From a bacterium (lineage in GTDB: Bacteria > Patescibacteriota > Minisyncoccia > UBA6257 > GWB1-50-10): a stretch of 64,000 bases of DNA. The stretch lies in contig JAKAHD010000001.1 in assembly GCA_021815205.1 (NCBI GenBank), forward strand, positions 89,247 through 153,246, read 5' to 3'. Position 1 is the stretch's first letter. Each line of letters begins with the position of its first letter. The notes beneath the pieces were generated by a model, which was not told the DNA's origin, made no database searches, and saw nothing but the letters and a program-made list of their open reading frames with translations. The translations under genes were made by a program, and so were the position numbers. This document shows positions 9,012-18,214 of the stretch, piece by piece.

Positions 9012-10418
9012 ATGCGCGTCCATCCCCATACTCCTGTATTTGGAGACGTATCGAAAGACAGGTCCGTACACTTTGTCGGTATCGGAGGTATTGGCGTAAG
9101 TTCACTCGCCCGTTGGTTTCTCGCTCAAAAATGGGCTGTTTCTGGCTCTGATATCGTGAAGGGTGAAATTACCAAGGATCTCGAAAAACAGGGCTTAAAA
9201 GTCAAAATAGGGCATAAGAAGGGCAATATAGGCCCAAAAACGGGTCTTGTGGTGTATAGTAACGCCATAAGAAGCGACAACCCAGAGGTTATTGAGGCAA
9301 GGCGTCGGGGCATTCCCACGCTCTCCTATCCCGAGGCATTGGGGGCGCTCACCAGGGAGTATACGGCAATTACCGTCTCCGGCGCTCACGGGAAGAGTAC
9401 AACAACGTCGCTTCTTTCGCTTGTGCTTATCAAGGCGGGAATGGATCCGACGGTCATTGTGGGAACGAAGCTTAAAGAGTTCGTTCCGCCCGCTCGTGGA
9501 AGTAATTTCCGATTCGGCAAGAGCGAGTATCTTGTGCTCGAGGCCGACGAATGGAAGGCAGCGTTCCTCCACTACTCCCCTTCTCTTGCCATTATTACAA
9601 ACATCGATAAGGAACATTTGGATTTCTATAAAAACCTTTCGAATATAAAGAAAACGTTTCTGCGATTCATTGGAAACGTGCGGTCGGGCGGCGTGCTTGT
9701 CGTGAATCGCGATAGTAAGGAGCTTTACGGATTGCGCCCGCGCATCATGAAGATCGCGAGGGCGCATCGCCTGAAGGTTATGTGGTATTCGGTCGCCGGC
9801 TCCCCCACCGCTTTTACGCGGAAGGTAAGAGCGAATTTCTCGATTCCCGGGGCGCACAATATTTCAAATGCATGTGCGGTGTATACGCTCGCGCATCATC
9901 TGAAGATCAGAGATGAGGTTATTTTTTCCGCGTTAAAGCGTTATCGCGGCGCATGGCGCCGTTTTGAATATCGCGGTGTATTAAAAATTTCAAATTTCAA
10001 ATTAAAAATTTATGATGATTACGCGCACCACCCGACGGAGATCAAGGTGACGCTCCAGGCATTCAGGGAGAAATTTCCCAAATCACATCTTATCTGCGTC
10101 TTCGAGCCGCATCAGGCGAAGCGGCTGAGGTCGCTCTTTAGAGAGTTCGCTGGCGCGTTCAAGGGCGCGGATACGTTGATCCTTCTTCCCATTTATAGAG
10201 TGGCGGGGCGCGACAGAATCAATCCCCGCTATACCTCGGAGGCGCTCGCGAAAAAGATAAAGGGAGCAACGTATCTCCATAATAAAAAAAATTTACTGCA
10301 TGCGATTCGCGCTGTCATATCTAAAAATTTCAAATTTCAAATTTCAAATTACGTCGTGATCATGATGGGTGCCGGCACCATCGTCGAGGAAACGGACAAG
10401 CTTTTGCGAAACGAATGA
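9012..10418 (+). CDS. murC: UDP-N-acetylmuramate--L-alanine ligase
   Basis: HFVGIGGIGVS, GAHGKSTTT, EADE, DDYAHHPTEI, MGAG. Confidence 0.95.
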   Translation: MRVHPHTPVFGDVSKDRSVHFVGIGGIGVSSLARWFLAQKWAVSGSDIVKGEITKDLEKQGLKVKIGHKKGNIGPKTGLVVYSNAIRSDNPEVIEARRRGIPTLSYPEALGALTREYTAITVSGAHGKSTTTSLLSLVLIKAGMDPTVIVGTKLKEFVPPARGSNFRFGKSEYLVLEADEWKAAFLHYSPSLAIITNIDKEHLDFYKNLSNIKKTFLRFIGNVRSGGVLVVNRDSKELYGLRPRIMKIARAHRLKVMWYSVAGSPTAFTRKVRANFSIPGAHNISNACAVYTLAHHLKIRDEVIFSALKRYRGAWRRFEYRGVLKISNFKLKIYDDYAHHPTEIKVTLQAFREKFPKSHLICVFEPHQAKRLRSLFREFAGAFKGADTLILLPIYRVAGRDRINPRYTSEALAKKIKGATYLHNKKNLLHAIRAVISKNFKFQISNYVVIMMGAGTIVEETDKLLRNE

Positions 10419-10494
10419 CTAATATCTAATTGCTCTAATTTCTAATGTGGCGTTTAGGTTAATTAGGAATTAGGTTAATTGGAAATTTGAACAG

Positions 10495-11259
10495 ATGAAC
10501 ACCTTTTCCACTCCCGAGGAGTTCAAGGAAACCTGCGGTTACGAGATCGACGGTTTCTGGTATCCGCGCGTGACAAAAATCGTCGAGATCAAGGCGAAGC
10601 CGGCGCTCTACCGCTTTTATGCGGCCTTAAAGAACTTCGACGAGGGGGAGCGGATCAAACAGAACTCCGCCGAGGAGGGCACCTTAATCCACGAGACAGT
10701 GGAGGCACTGCTTCTTGGAGAACGTCCTCTCATCCCCCCCTCCGTCGATTCTTCCATCAAGGCGTTTCTTGAGTTTGCGGAGAAGACGCATATCCGCGTC
10801 GAGAAAGAGTTCGTCGAGCGGCGGCTTGTGAACTTCGAAGAGCGCTACGCGGGTACGCTTGATGCAATCGCCTTGATCGACGGCAAGGTGGGAATCTTGG
10901 ATATCAAGACCTCGCAGGAAATCTATCGCGACTATAATCTCCAGACCTCCGCATATGTCGCCGCGATGAAGGACATCGTGCCGGAGCTCGAGACGAGGTG
11001 GATCCTGCGGATCGATCAAATGCGGCACTGCGACCGGTGCGGGAGCATCCTGCGGAGCAAGGGCGGAAGGGATAAGGTGCGCCTCAATTGGCGGAATTAC
11101 AACTCGAAAACATGTATGCACGAGTGGGGACCGCTTGAGGGGGAGGTAGAGTTTAAAGAGTTCCCCGCGTGGCACGACGACTACCACGCCTTCCTCGGCG
11201 CGAAGAAGTTATGGGAATGGGAGCACGCCGATTGGCTGAAGAAGGTGGGGTACCTTTAG
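10495..11259 (+). CDS. PD-(D/E)xK nuclease-family protein with possible Zn site
   Basis: GTLIH, YAGTLD, DIKTS, LQTSAY; CxxC...CxH near C-terminus. Confidence 0.75.
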   Translation: MNTFSTPEEFKETCGYEIDGFWYPRVTKIVEIKAKPALYRFYAALKNFDEGERIKQNSAEEGTLIHETVEALLLGERPLIPPSVDSSIKAFLEFAEKTHIRVEKEFVERRLVNFEERYAGTLDAIALIDGKVGILDIKTSQEIYRDYNLQTSAYVAAMKDIVPELETRWILRIDQMRHCDRCGSILRSKGGRDKVRLNWRNYNSKTCMHEWGPLEGEVEFKEFPAWHDDYHAFLGAKKLWEWEHADWLKKVGYL

Positions 11260-11336
11260 AGGTCATGGTGTAGCAATATTGAAGCCGTGCGAATCTTTGA
11301 TTCGCACGGCTTTGTTTCGTTAAAAACTTCTCCTTC

Positions 11337-11705
11337 TTATGAAAAGAAAGCAATAAGAATAATAAGAAGAAATATGAGGAGTACCCCCACCATCGTGGGC
11401 AAACGCCTCATTCTCCGCTCATGAGAGAGTTTCTTTAATGCGGCTTTTTTCTCGAGATCACTCTGCATTTGTCCTCCTCGAATTGCTCCGAGAAAAAGAA
11501 AGAGCGACTCGATGAGCCATAGCAATATGATGTCCATCGGTGTGAAGTCCACCATCTTTCCTATTATGATGATGGATATCCCCAATGAACAGGCAACCGC
11601 AATCAGTCCGCCGACGCGCACGCCGCCTCTTCTTAGGAAAGATCCAATTAAGAAGAGGATATACGACACAAATATCCCGATCCCCAAAACACTCCAGTTT
11701 TCCAT
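11337..11705 (-). CDS. Hypothetical membrane protein
   Basis: Four hydrophobic segments; AAGGAGGT upstream of ATG 11705. Confidence 0.6.
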   Translation of the reverse strand: MENWSVLGIGIFVSYILFLIGSFLRRGGVRVGGLIAVACSLGISIIIIGKMVDFTPMDIILLWLIESLFLFLGAIRGGQMQSDLEKKAALKKLSHERRMRRLPTMVGVLLIFLLIILIAFFS

Positions 11706-11948
11706 AACCCACCTCCTTATGTTATTTTGAAGTTTCTTTGTATTTTGTAGTATCACAATCTTTGCCTCGCGGTCAATAGTACCCGATACGTTAAGGACTG
11801 TGCGTCTCGATTATGATCGGCGTCTGGTTTTTCTCCTGTCCTACCAGAAAACCGACCCCAAAGCTTGCGAGGACGAGGAGCGCGAGCCCACCCCAGAAGA
11901 GAATCCATAGGCGGCGGTATTTTGCCCACTGTACGATATTCTTAATTA

Positions 11949-11977
11949 TTGACATATTTTTGATTGTTCTATACTAT
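11949..11977 (+). promoter_or_regulatory. Sigma70 promoter upstream of the rpmA leader
   Basis: TTGACA-17nt-TACTAT. Confidence 0.7.
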
Positions 11978-12160
11978 TATACAAAAGTCTAAGGTGTTAT
12001 CCCGCAGCTATTTTACTATTCGACTCGTATCTCTGTGGGAGGATAGTGGTAAATATCTAACCGAGGAGCGGGTTCGAATCTACAGTAAAATAGTGCGGGA
12101 CGCTCATGATTGTAACGAAATTTTTTCGCTCACAATCGTGAGCTTAAAATTTCGACAATC

Positions 12161-12445
12161 ATGGCGCATACTAAAGCGAAAGGATCAACTAAGTTAGGAC
12201 GAGAATCAGAGTCCAAACGGCTTGGCGTGAAGCTTTTTGACGGTGAGACGGCGAAACCGGGCGATATCCTAATCCGGCAACGCGGCACAAAGTACTACCC
12301 CGGTGTGAACGTGCGCCGCGGCGGCGATGACACGCTCTACGCGGTACAGCACGGTACGGTAAAGTTTACGAAGAAGAAGAAAGAGAATTTCAACGGTTCT
12401 ACGAGAAAAGTGAGTGTGGTGAACGTCCTCGAAAAAACCTCCTAA
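12161..12445 (+). CDS. rpmA: 50S ribosomal protein L27
   Basis: [32 protein letters not shown]. Confidence 0.98.
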   Translation: MAHTKAKGSTKLGRESESKRLGVKLFDGETAKPGDILIRQRGTKYYPGVNVRRGGDDTLYAVQHGTVKFTKKKKENFNGSTRKVSVVNVLEKTS

Positions 12446-12465
12446 TTATCGGGAGGTTTTCTTTT
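12431..12465 (+). terminator. Intrinsic terminator
   Basis: aaaacctcc-taattatcg-ggaggtttt followed by T-rich tract. Confidence 0.6.
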
Positions 12466-12618
12466 ATTCCGACGAGCGAGAGAGCCAAATGAAAATGGAT
12501 ACATTTTCATTTGGGCCGAGCGATGTCGGAACAAAGGTTGAATACCTCGCGGCGTGCCGCGAGGGCGGACGAGCGAAGCGAGTTCCGCGAATACCGCGGG
12601 GCTTGCCCCGCGGAACCT

Positions 12619-13056
12619 TTATTCCGGTTCGACTTGGATATTAATCTCGGTTCGTACGCCTTCGCCGAAGTTGATGGCGACCGGATGAGTGCCGAGTGTT
12701 TTGATCGGCCGATCGAGCTCCGCATGTGCGTTTAAAATCCCCCGCTCCCCGAGCTTTTTCTCGATGTCATTCTTCGTGACCGAGCCGAATACGGATTCGT
12801 GCGCTCCCGTCTTTACCGTAAAGGAGAATGTTTTTCCCTGGATTGTCTTCGCTTGCTCCTGGAGTTTCGATAGAAGCGCATGATGCGCCGCTTCGTGTTC
12901 CGCTCTCTGCCTTTCGAGCTTTACGAGCGCATCTTTCGTCGCGGGTATCGCAAGTTTTTTCGGGATGAGGGCGTTCCTCGCATAGCCGTCCGAGACGTGC
13001 TTCACCTCGGATTTTTTCCCGACACCGCGGACATCCCGAAGGAGAATGACTTGCAT
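12619..13056 (-). CDS. rplI: 50S ribosomal protein L9
   Basis: MQVILLRDV..G...V.DGYARN.LIP, FGSVT, PIKTLG. Confidence 0.97.
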   Translation of the reverse strand: MQVILLRDVRGVGKKSEVKHVSDGYARNALIPKKLAIPATKDALVKLERQRAEHEAAHHALLSKLQEQAKTIQGKTFSFTVKTGAHESVFGSVTKNDIEKKLGERGILNAHAELDRPIKTLGTHPVAINFGEGVRTEINIQVEPE

Positions 13057-13180
13057 GTATTTCTCTACGAATTACGAATTGAGTACGAATATACGAAAAC
13101 GAAGAGATTTTTCACTGCGTTCAGAATGACACAAAAGGTACAAATTCGTATATTCGTAAGTCATTCGTATTTCGTAGCTA
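13057..13180 (-). repeat. TACGAA/TTCGTA inverted repeat array, copy 2
   Basis: Same ends as copy 1; spans ctpA stop to rplI ATG. Confidence 0.85.
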
Positions 13181-14395
13181 TTTCGCCATCTCTTGCTTAA
13201 TGATCTCTATCGCCTTATCGTACTGGGGATCTTTTCCTTCTTTTGTATTCTGATCCGTAATTGGCACTTGTATGTCGGGCTGAAGCCCAATCTTATTAAT
13301 GGTATGTCCGTCTGGTGTGAGCCATTCGGCGATCGAGACCTTCAAGGATGATCCGTCTTTCAGTGTTTGCACCTCCTGCACACTCCCCTTCCCGAACGTT
13401 TTTTCTCCAATGAGTTTGATGCTCCGATCGTCGCGAAGCGCTCCCGAGAGAATCTCGGAGGCAGACGCCGAACCTCCGTCAATAAGAACCACGACCGGCA
13501 TGTGCGTGAGCGCCGCATTCCCATTCGCCCGAAGGATGTTCTCGTCTCCCGAACGGAGCTTCTCCTTCACAACCACGTCTCCTCTCGGCAGGAACCATCC
13601 CGCGATATCCGTTGCTACCTCAAGGAAACCTCCCGGATCGCCTCGGAGATCAAGTACCACCCCGCGCGCTCCCTGGAGCAGCGCCGAGAGCGCCGCTTCG
13701 TAGAAGAGCGATGAGGCGTTCGCGCTGAAGTTATAGAGTTGAATGTAGGCGATGTTGCCGTTTACCATCTTCCAGTCAAGTGTCGGAATATGGATGGTCT
13801 TGCGGGTAATGTCGAATTCTTTCGCCGCCTTCCATCCGTTCCGCATAACCATAAGTTTCACCTTAGTGTCAATTGGGCCTCGGATGAGATTCACCGCTTC
13901 GTCTACACTCAAGTCGCTCGTTACGATCGTGTCGTCAATCTTCAGGATCTGATCGCCCGTCTTGAGCCCCGCCTTTTCCGCAGGATTCCCCTTGATGGGA
14001 GCAATCACCGTGAGTTGATTGTTTCGTATACCGATCTCGGCGCCGATACCTCCGAAGCTGCCGCTCAGATCTTCGTTGAATTTTTTCGCGTTGCTCGGCG
14101 TGAAGAACACGGTGTACGGATCGCCCGTTGACTGCACCGCTCCTTTGATCGCGCCGTACACGATGTCCTGATCGCTTATTTTATGTATCCCATAGTAATT
14201 ATCCTTCAGTGCTTTCACCGCATCCCAGAACAAGGAGAAGTCGGCGTTCTGCAGTAAGCTGTTTTGAACCCCGTTCGTTGCCGTCGATGCGGCGTCCTTC
14301 ACGGAACCGATCTTGTACCCGCCGTAGAACGTAGCGGCCAGAAGGATGATTGCAACGCCGATCGCGGCGATTCTTTTCCTTGAGAAAAAACCCAT
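13178..14395 (-). CDS. ctpA: S41 C-terminal processing peptidase with PDZ domain
   Basis: DPYT, GIGAEI, LDLRGDPGG, SASASEI, TFGKGSVQ. Confidence 0.93.
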   Translation of the reverse strand: MGFFSRKRIAAIGVAIILLAATFYGGYKIGSVKDAASTATNGVQNSLLQNADFSLFWDAVKALKDNYYGIHKISDQDIVYGAIKGAVQSTGDPYTVFFTPSNAKKFNEDLSGSFGGIGAEIGIRNNQLTVIAPIKGNPAEKAGLKTGDQILKIDDTIVTSDLSVDEAVNLIRGPIDTKVKLMVMRNGWKAAKEFDITRKTIHIPTLDWKMVNGNIAYIQLYNFSANASSLFYEAALSALLQGARGVVLDLRGDPGGFLEVATDIAGWFLPRGDVVVKEKLRSGDENILRANGNAALTHMPVVVLIDGGSASASEILSGALRDDRSIKLIGEKTFGKGSVQEVQTLKDGSSLKVSIAEWLTPDGHTINKIGLQPDIQVPITDQNTKEGKDPQYDKAIEIIKQEMAK

Positions 14396-14547
14396 ACGTC
14401 TATTTAAGAGGAAATCGAGTGAAAAGGCAATTACGATTCTCTGTTGGCATTTTACGATAGTTTAACATAGAATATGAAGGTGAGAGCTTGAGTAATTAGG
14501 CGGTAACTAGGTTGTAATTAACGGTAATTACGTTGTTCGTGCAATGA

Positions 14548-14613
14548 ATTTCTACTTCATTTCTACTTCATTTCTACTTCATTTCTACTTAATTACTACT
14601 TAATTACTACTTC
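14548..14613 (+). repeat. 11-bp tandem repeat x6 (ATTTCTACTTC / ATTACTACTTA)
   Basis: Read directly; right arm of the GTAATT array starting ~14491. Confidence 0.85.
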
Positions 14614-14653
14614 ATTTCCATTAATTACTCAATGTTGTTCAAATTTTCTTCAT

Positions 14654-14950
14654 ATGTCAGGGAAAAACACCGCAGATGGAAAGAGTGAAAATTACCTCGC
14701 CTCTCTGAAGCGGCGGGGAAAAGAAAGCCACGTATACAGGAGATATCAGATGACGGGCTTGATGCTCTCCGAGATCTTGCATGATAGTGCCCACAAGGCG
14801 CTCTATATCAAGCTTGCGAAAGAGCACAATGAAGAGAAGCTTCTACGGCTTGCAAAGGATATCGCGGAGAAAAAGAACGTGAGAAACAAAGGAGCGTATT
14901 TTATGAGGGTATGGTTCGATGGAGAGAAAAATTCTGCGCATCACCAATAA
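14654..14950 (+). CDS. Hypothetical basic protein
   Basis: 98-aa ORF overlapping the def start. Confidence 0.65.
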   Translation: MSGKNTADGKSENYLASLKRRGKESHVYRRYQMTGLMLSEILHDSAHKALYIKLAKEHNEEKLLRLAKDIAEKKNVRNKGAYFMRVWFDGEKNSAHHQ

Positions 14951-15419
14951 GGAGGAGGATTTGTGTTTGCGGAAGAAAACGATTCCGTATGATTTCGCCG
15001 CACATTCCCTCAAGGAAACGCAGGCGTTCGTGAGATCAATGCGGGAGGTGATGAAACGCGCGGACGGCGTCGGACTTTCGGCGAATCAGATCGGGCTTCC
15101 CTATCGCGTCTTTGTGGCACAAGTGCCGGACAGTCAGGGAGCACAGAAGTTCTACGCGGTCTTTAATCCGGAGATCGTGAAGCGGTCGAAAGAAACGGAG
15201 GCTCTCGAAGAAGGGTGCTTGAGCGTACCAAATACGTTCGGTTCCGTCGATCGGCATTACCGCGTGACGCTCACTGGATTCGATGCGCGCGGCAAGAAGC
15301 TCAAAATCAACGCGTGGGGACTCCTCGCGAGAGTGTTCCAGCACGAGGTGGATCACCTGGACGGGAAGGTGTTTGTGGATAAGGCGAAGATAGTGCACGA
15401 AGTCGGCGAGGATGGCTAA
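14919..15419 (+). CDS. def: Peptide deformylase
   Basis: GVGLSANQIG, EGCLS, QHEVDHLDG. Confidence 0.97.
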   Translation: MERKILRITNKEEDLCLRKKTIPYDFAAHSLKETQAFVRSMREVMKRADGVGLSANQIGLPYRVFVAQVPDSQGAQKFYAVFNPEIVKRSKETEALEEGCLSVPNTFGSVDRHYRVTLTGFDARGKKLKINAWGLLARVFQHEVDHLDGKVFVDKAKIVHEVGEDG

Positions 15420-15519
15420 TTTTTAATTTACAATTTTAAATGAATCAATTTTTAAAAATTAAAACATTACTACATTGAGTATTGAATGAAAATTTCAAAT
15501 TAAAAATTTAAGAATTAAA

Positions 15520-16365
15520 ATGAATTATGTATTTTTCGGCACTCCGCGTTTTGCGGAGATCGTCTTCCAGAAACTCATCGAGGGCGGCATGCCGCCGTCT
15601 CTTGTGGTCACGAACCCCGACCGTCCCGTAGGAAGGAAGCAAATAATAACTCCTTCGCCGGTGAAGGCGCTCGCCGGACGATACGCGATACCCCTTTTGC
15701 AGCCAGAAGATATTAAAAATTTTGTCCCTACGGGACATCTCCCGGAGGGAGACAAATTGCATTTCGCCATTCTCGCCTCATACGGCAAGATTATCCCGAA
15801 GGAGATCATCGGCCTCTTTCCAAGAGGGATTGTGGTGGTGCACCCCTCCCTTCTCCCGAAATATCGCGGCGCGACACCGATTCAATCCGCGCTTCTCGCG
15901 GGAGACGAGGAAACGGGCGTGAGTCTTATCCGCATGGACGAGAAAGTGGATCATGGGCCGATTATCGCGGAACGCGAATTGAATAAGGAATTAGGAATTA
16001 TGAGTTATGAATCTCTGCACGACGCACTCGCCAAACTGAGCGGCGAACTTCTCCTTGAAACAATTCCCGAATATCTTGCGGGAACAATAACACCGCGGGA
16101 GCAGAATCATGCGGAGGCGACATTCACGAGAAAATTTTCCGCGGACGATGCGTTCGTGGGCGAAGAAGAATTACACAAAGCGGAGACGGCGGGCGGTGAA
16201 ACTGCAGTAACAATAGATCGGATGATCCGCGCGCTGAATCCCGAACCGGGAGTATGGACGCTTCGCGGAGGAAAACGAATCAAGCTCCTTGAGGCGGAGC
16301 TTGTCGAAGGAAAATTAAAACTGAAGAAGATTCAGGAGGAAGGAAAAACCCCAAGAGCGGTCTAA
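15520..16365 (+). CDS. fmt: Methionyl-tRNA formyltransferase
   Basis: FFGTPRFA, HPSLLPKYRGATPI, IRALNPEP; follows def. Confidence 0.96.
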   Translation: MNYVFFGTPRFAEIVFQKLIEGGMPPSLVVTNPDRPVGRKQIITPSPVKALAGRYAIPLLQPEDIKNFVPTGHLPEGDKLHFAILASYGKIIPKEIIGLFPRGIVVVHPSLLPKYRGATPIQSALLAGDEETGVSLIRMDEKVDHGPIIAERELNKELGIMSYESLHDALAKLSGELLLETIPEYLAGTITPREQNHAEATFTRKFSADDAFVGEEELHKAETAGGETAVTIDRMIRALNPEPGVWTLRGGKRIKLLEAELVEGKLKLKKIQEEGKTPRAV

Positions 16366-16492
16366 TTTCTTAATTATCGTGGTCGCGGTGCGTTAGGTTG
16401 TAATGAGTTGATATACCGATGAAGGGCGACGGAATTGCCGATCGATGCATGTGTGGGGTTTGCACGATCAGGGTCGTTTCTTGTACGTTTCC

Positions 16493-16888
16493 TTACTGGC
16501 GGGACACAAAAGAAAAGAGCAGGGCCCTTATTTCTTCCCGAAACGGCAACGAGCCGAGTCTCTCGATTGGCACCCATTCGAGTTCGTAAAAATTTTCCGG
16601 CGAGTTCCGCTCCGCTTCGGGGCCGCCGAGCTTTGGAGTGCCGACCCATGATTCAGCAACGTAGAACGATTCCGATGCATCGTTCGCGGCGAGCGATCCG
16701 ATCTTCTCGCCGAGCACGATGTCGAGACTTGTTTCTTCCCTAAGCTCCCGTACCGCGGCGTATTCCTCGGTTTCGCCTTCTTCCACCCCTCCCCCGGGAA
16801 CGGCATAATATTCTTTACCGTGTTTGCGGCGGTGAAGGAGCAGTACGTTTTTCCCGTCGAACACAAATACCGCAACGCGTTGTCTCAT
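16493..16888 (-). CDS. Nudix hydrolase
   Basis: GGGVEEGETEEYAAVRELREETS Nudix box. Confidence 0.9.
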   Translation of the reverse strand: MRQRVAVFVFDGKNVLLLHRRKHGKEYYAVPGGGVEEGETEEYAAVRELREETSLDIVLGEKIGSLAANDASESFYVAESWVGTPKLGGPEAERNSPENFYELEWVPIERLGSLPFREEIRALLFSFVSRQ

Positions 16889-16924
16889 AAAGATGTGCCC
16901 TTCTCTGTTTCTTCGCTGCCAAAT

Positions 16925-17515
16925 TCAACTATGGGTTGACTCTGGAATCAATTGCCTTCGGAAATAGCAAATAAAGAGAAGTGCGATATTAGCTGATGTT
17001 ATCGCGGCTAGATACGTAACCGTCAATGCATTATATTCTTTTAGCGCCGATATCGCAAAAATATTTGACGCTGAAAATAACATCCAAGAAATTAAAGTTT
17101 CACTCCACGGCTCCTCATATGACTTTCTAAAACTTGGAACATACCCGATTACGTCGATTGCGGAAACCATGAGCACGGAAATAAGAGGTTGATGTAATTG
17201 CCACCACACCACAATTGCGGCCAAGGCCGCAATCAAGATAACCATATCGCTTTTGGTGATATTTTTTGTTCCATACTTTAGCGAAAATAAAAAAACCGCG
17301 ATTACAAAAAGAGTTCCAACCGTTAACTCTAACGCACCCCACCCTCCGCCGCCATACCAAATTCCAAAGACCGCAGTTCCTTGAGTAATCGCCCAGATAA
17401 GCCACGTATAAACGTGAGGCTTTGTTTTTAATGAAAAGGTGTCTTTAAAATACAGGAGGAAAGCAACAATTCCGATAAGCGTGGCAACTAGGGTAAGAAT
17501 TATCTTTATATCCAT
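16925..17515 (-). CDS. Hypothetical multi-TM membrane protein
   Basis: ~7 hydrophobic segments, 'KP...TW' and 'P..RKSY..P.SE' pattern; AT-rich. Confidence 0.75.
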   Translation of the reverse strand: MDIKIILTLVATLIGIVAFLLYFKDTFSLKTKPHVYTWLIWAITQGTAVFGIWYGGGGWGALELTVGTLFVIAVFLFSLKYGTKNITKSDMVILIAALAAIVVWWQLHQPLISVLMVSAIDVIGYVPSFRKSYEEPWSETLISWMLFSASNIFAISALKEYNALTVTYLAAITSANIALLFICYFRRQLIPESTHS

Positions 17516-17536
17516 GACTATTTTCGCCGCCAACTA

Positions 17537-18157
17537 TTAATTTTGAACTTTCACAAAATAGCAGAGCCAATTTGTTTTTTGCCTATCATGTTCGGTGTGT
17601 GTACTCATTCTAACAACCGAAAAGCCATTTTGTTCAAGTAGATTTTTGAATTCATCCTGAGTATAGAATGAAAAATAACGACTTATGCCTCCATACTTAT
17701 TTTCATCTATCATTCCTTCGTCCATTCCATTTTTTTCTTTGACCGAGATAAAACCGATGCCGCCGTTTTTAGTAATTCGCTTTGCTTCCTGTAAAACTCC
17801 AGCGACATCGTTTTTGGGAATGTGCAGAAAACTGGCGGCCGCCCAAAATCCGTCAAATTCTTCGTCTGGGAAGATGGTTTTGCCAAAATCCATTTTTTGA
17901 AATTTTCCTTTTGGCACCCGCTCGCTTGCTACTTTCAACATTCCATCCGAAGCGTCTATACCCGTGTAGTCAAAACCGTTTTCCACAAAAACGGCGGCAT
18001 CTCGTCCGGCTCCACAGCCGAGGTCAATAACTTTTTTGCCACTGGTCATGCTTTTATAAAAATCAAACTCATCAACCCAAAAGTGATCAAAATGGCCCGC
18101 ACTGTAGCCAAAAGCAATTTTGTCGTAGGTTTCGGTTGTTTTCTGCTTGAAGTCCAT
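17537..18157 (-). CDS. Class I SAM-dependent methyltransferase
   Basis: VIDLGCGAGRD, GIDAS, SFLHIP. Confidence 0.9.
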   Translation of the reverse strand: MDFKQKTTETYDKIAFGYSAGHFDHFWVDEFDFYKSMTSGKKVIDLGCGAGRDAAVFVENGFDYTGIDASDGMLKVASERVPKGKFQKMDFGKTIFPDEEFDGFWAAASFLHIPKNDVAGVLQEAKRITKNGGIGFISVKEKNGMDEGMIDENKYGGISRYFSFYTQDEFKNLLEQNGFSVVRMSTHTEHDRQKTNWLCYFVKVQN

Positions 18158-18214
18158 AATTATTTTTCTGTCGGCTCAAACTGGATAATTTGAAAGCCCT
18201 ATTTCTCTACATTT

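Noticed and set aside
10495-11259. cas4 of a CRISPR locus
   Set aside because: No other cas genes or array; the four-Cys Cas4 pattern is not evident.
14491-14630. Possible CRISPR array or iteron origin
   Set aside because: The units are contiguous 11-mers without unique spacers, and no cas or rep gene is nearby.
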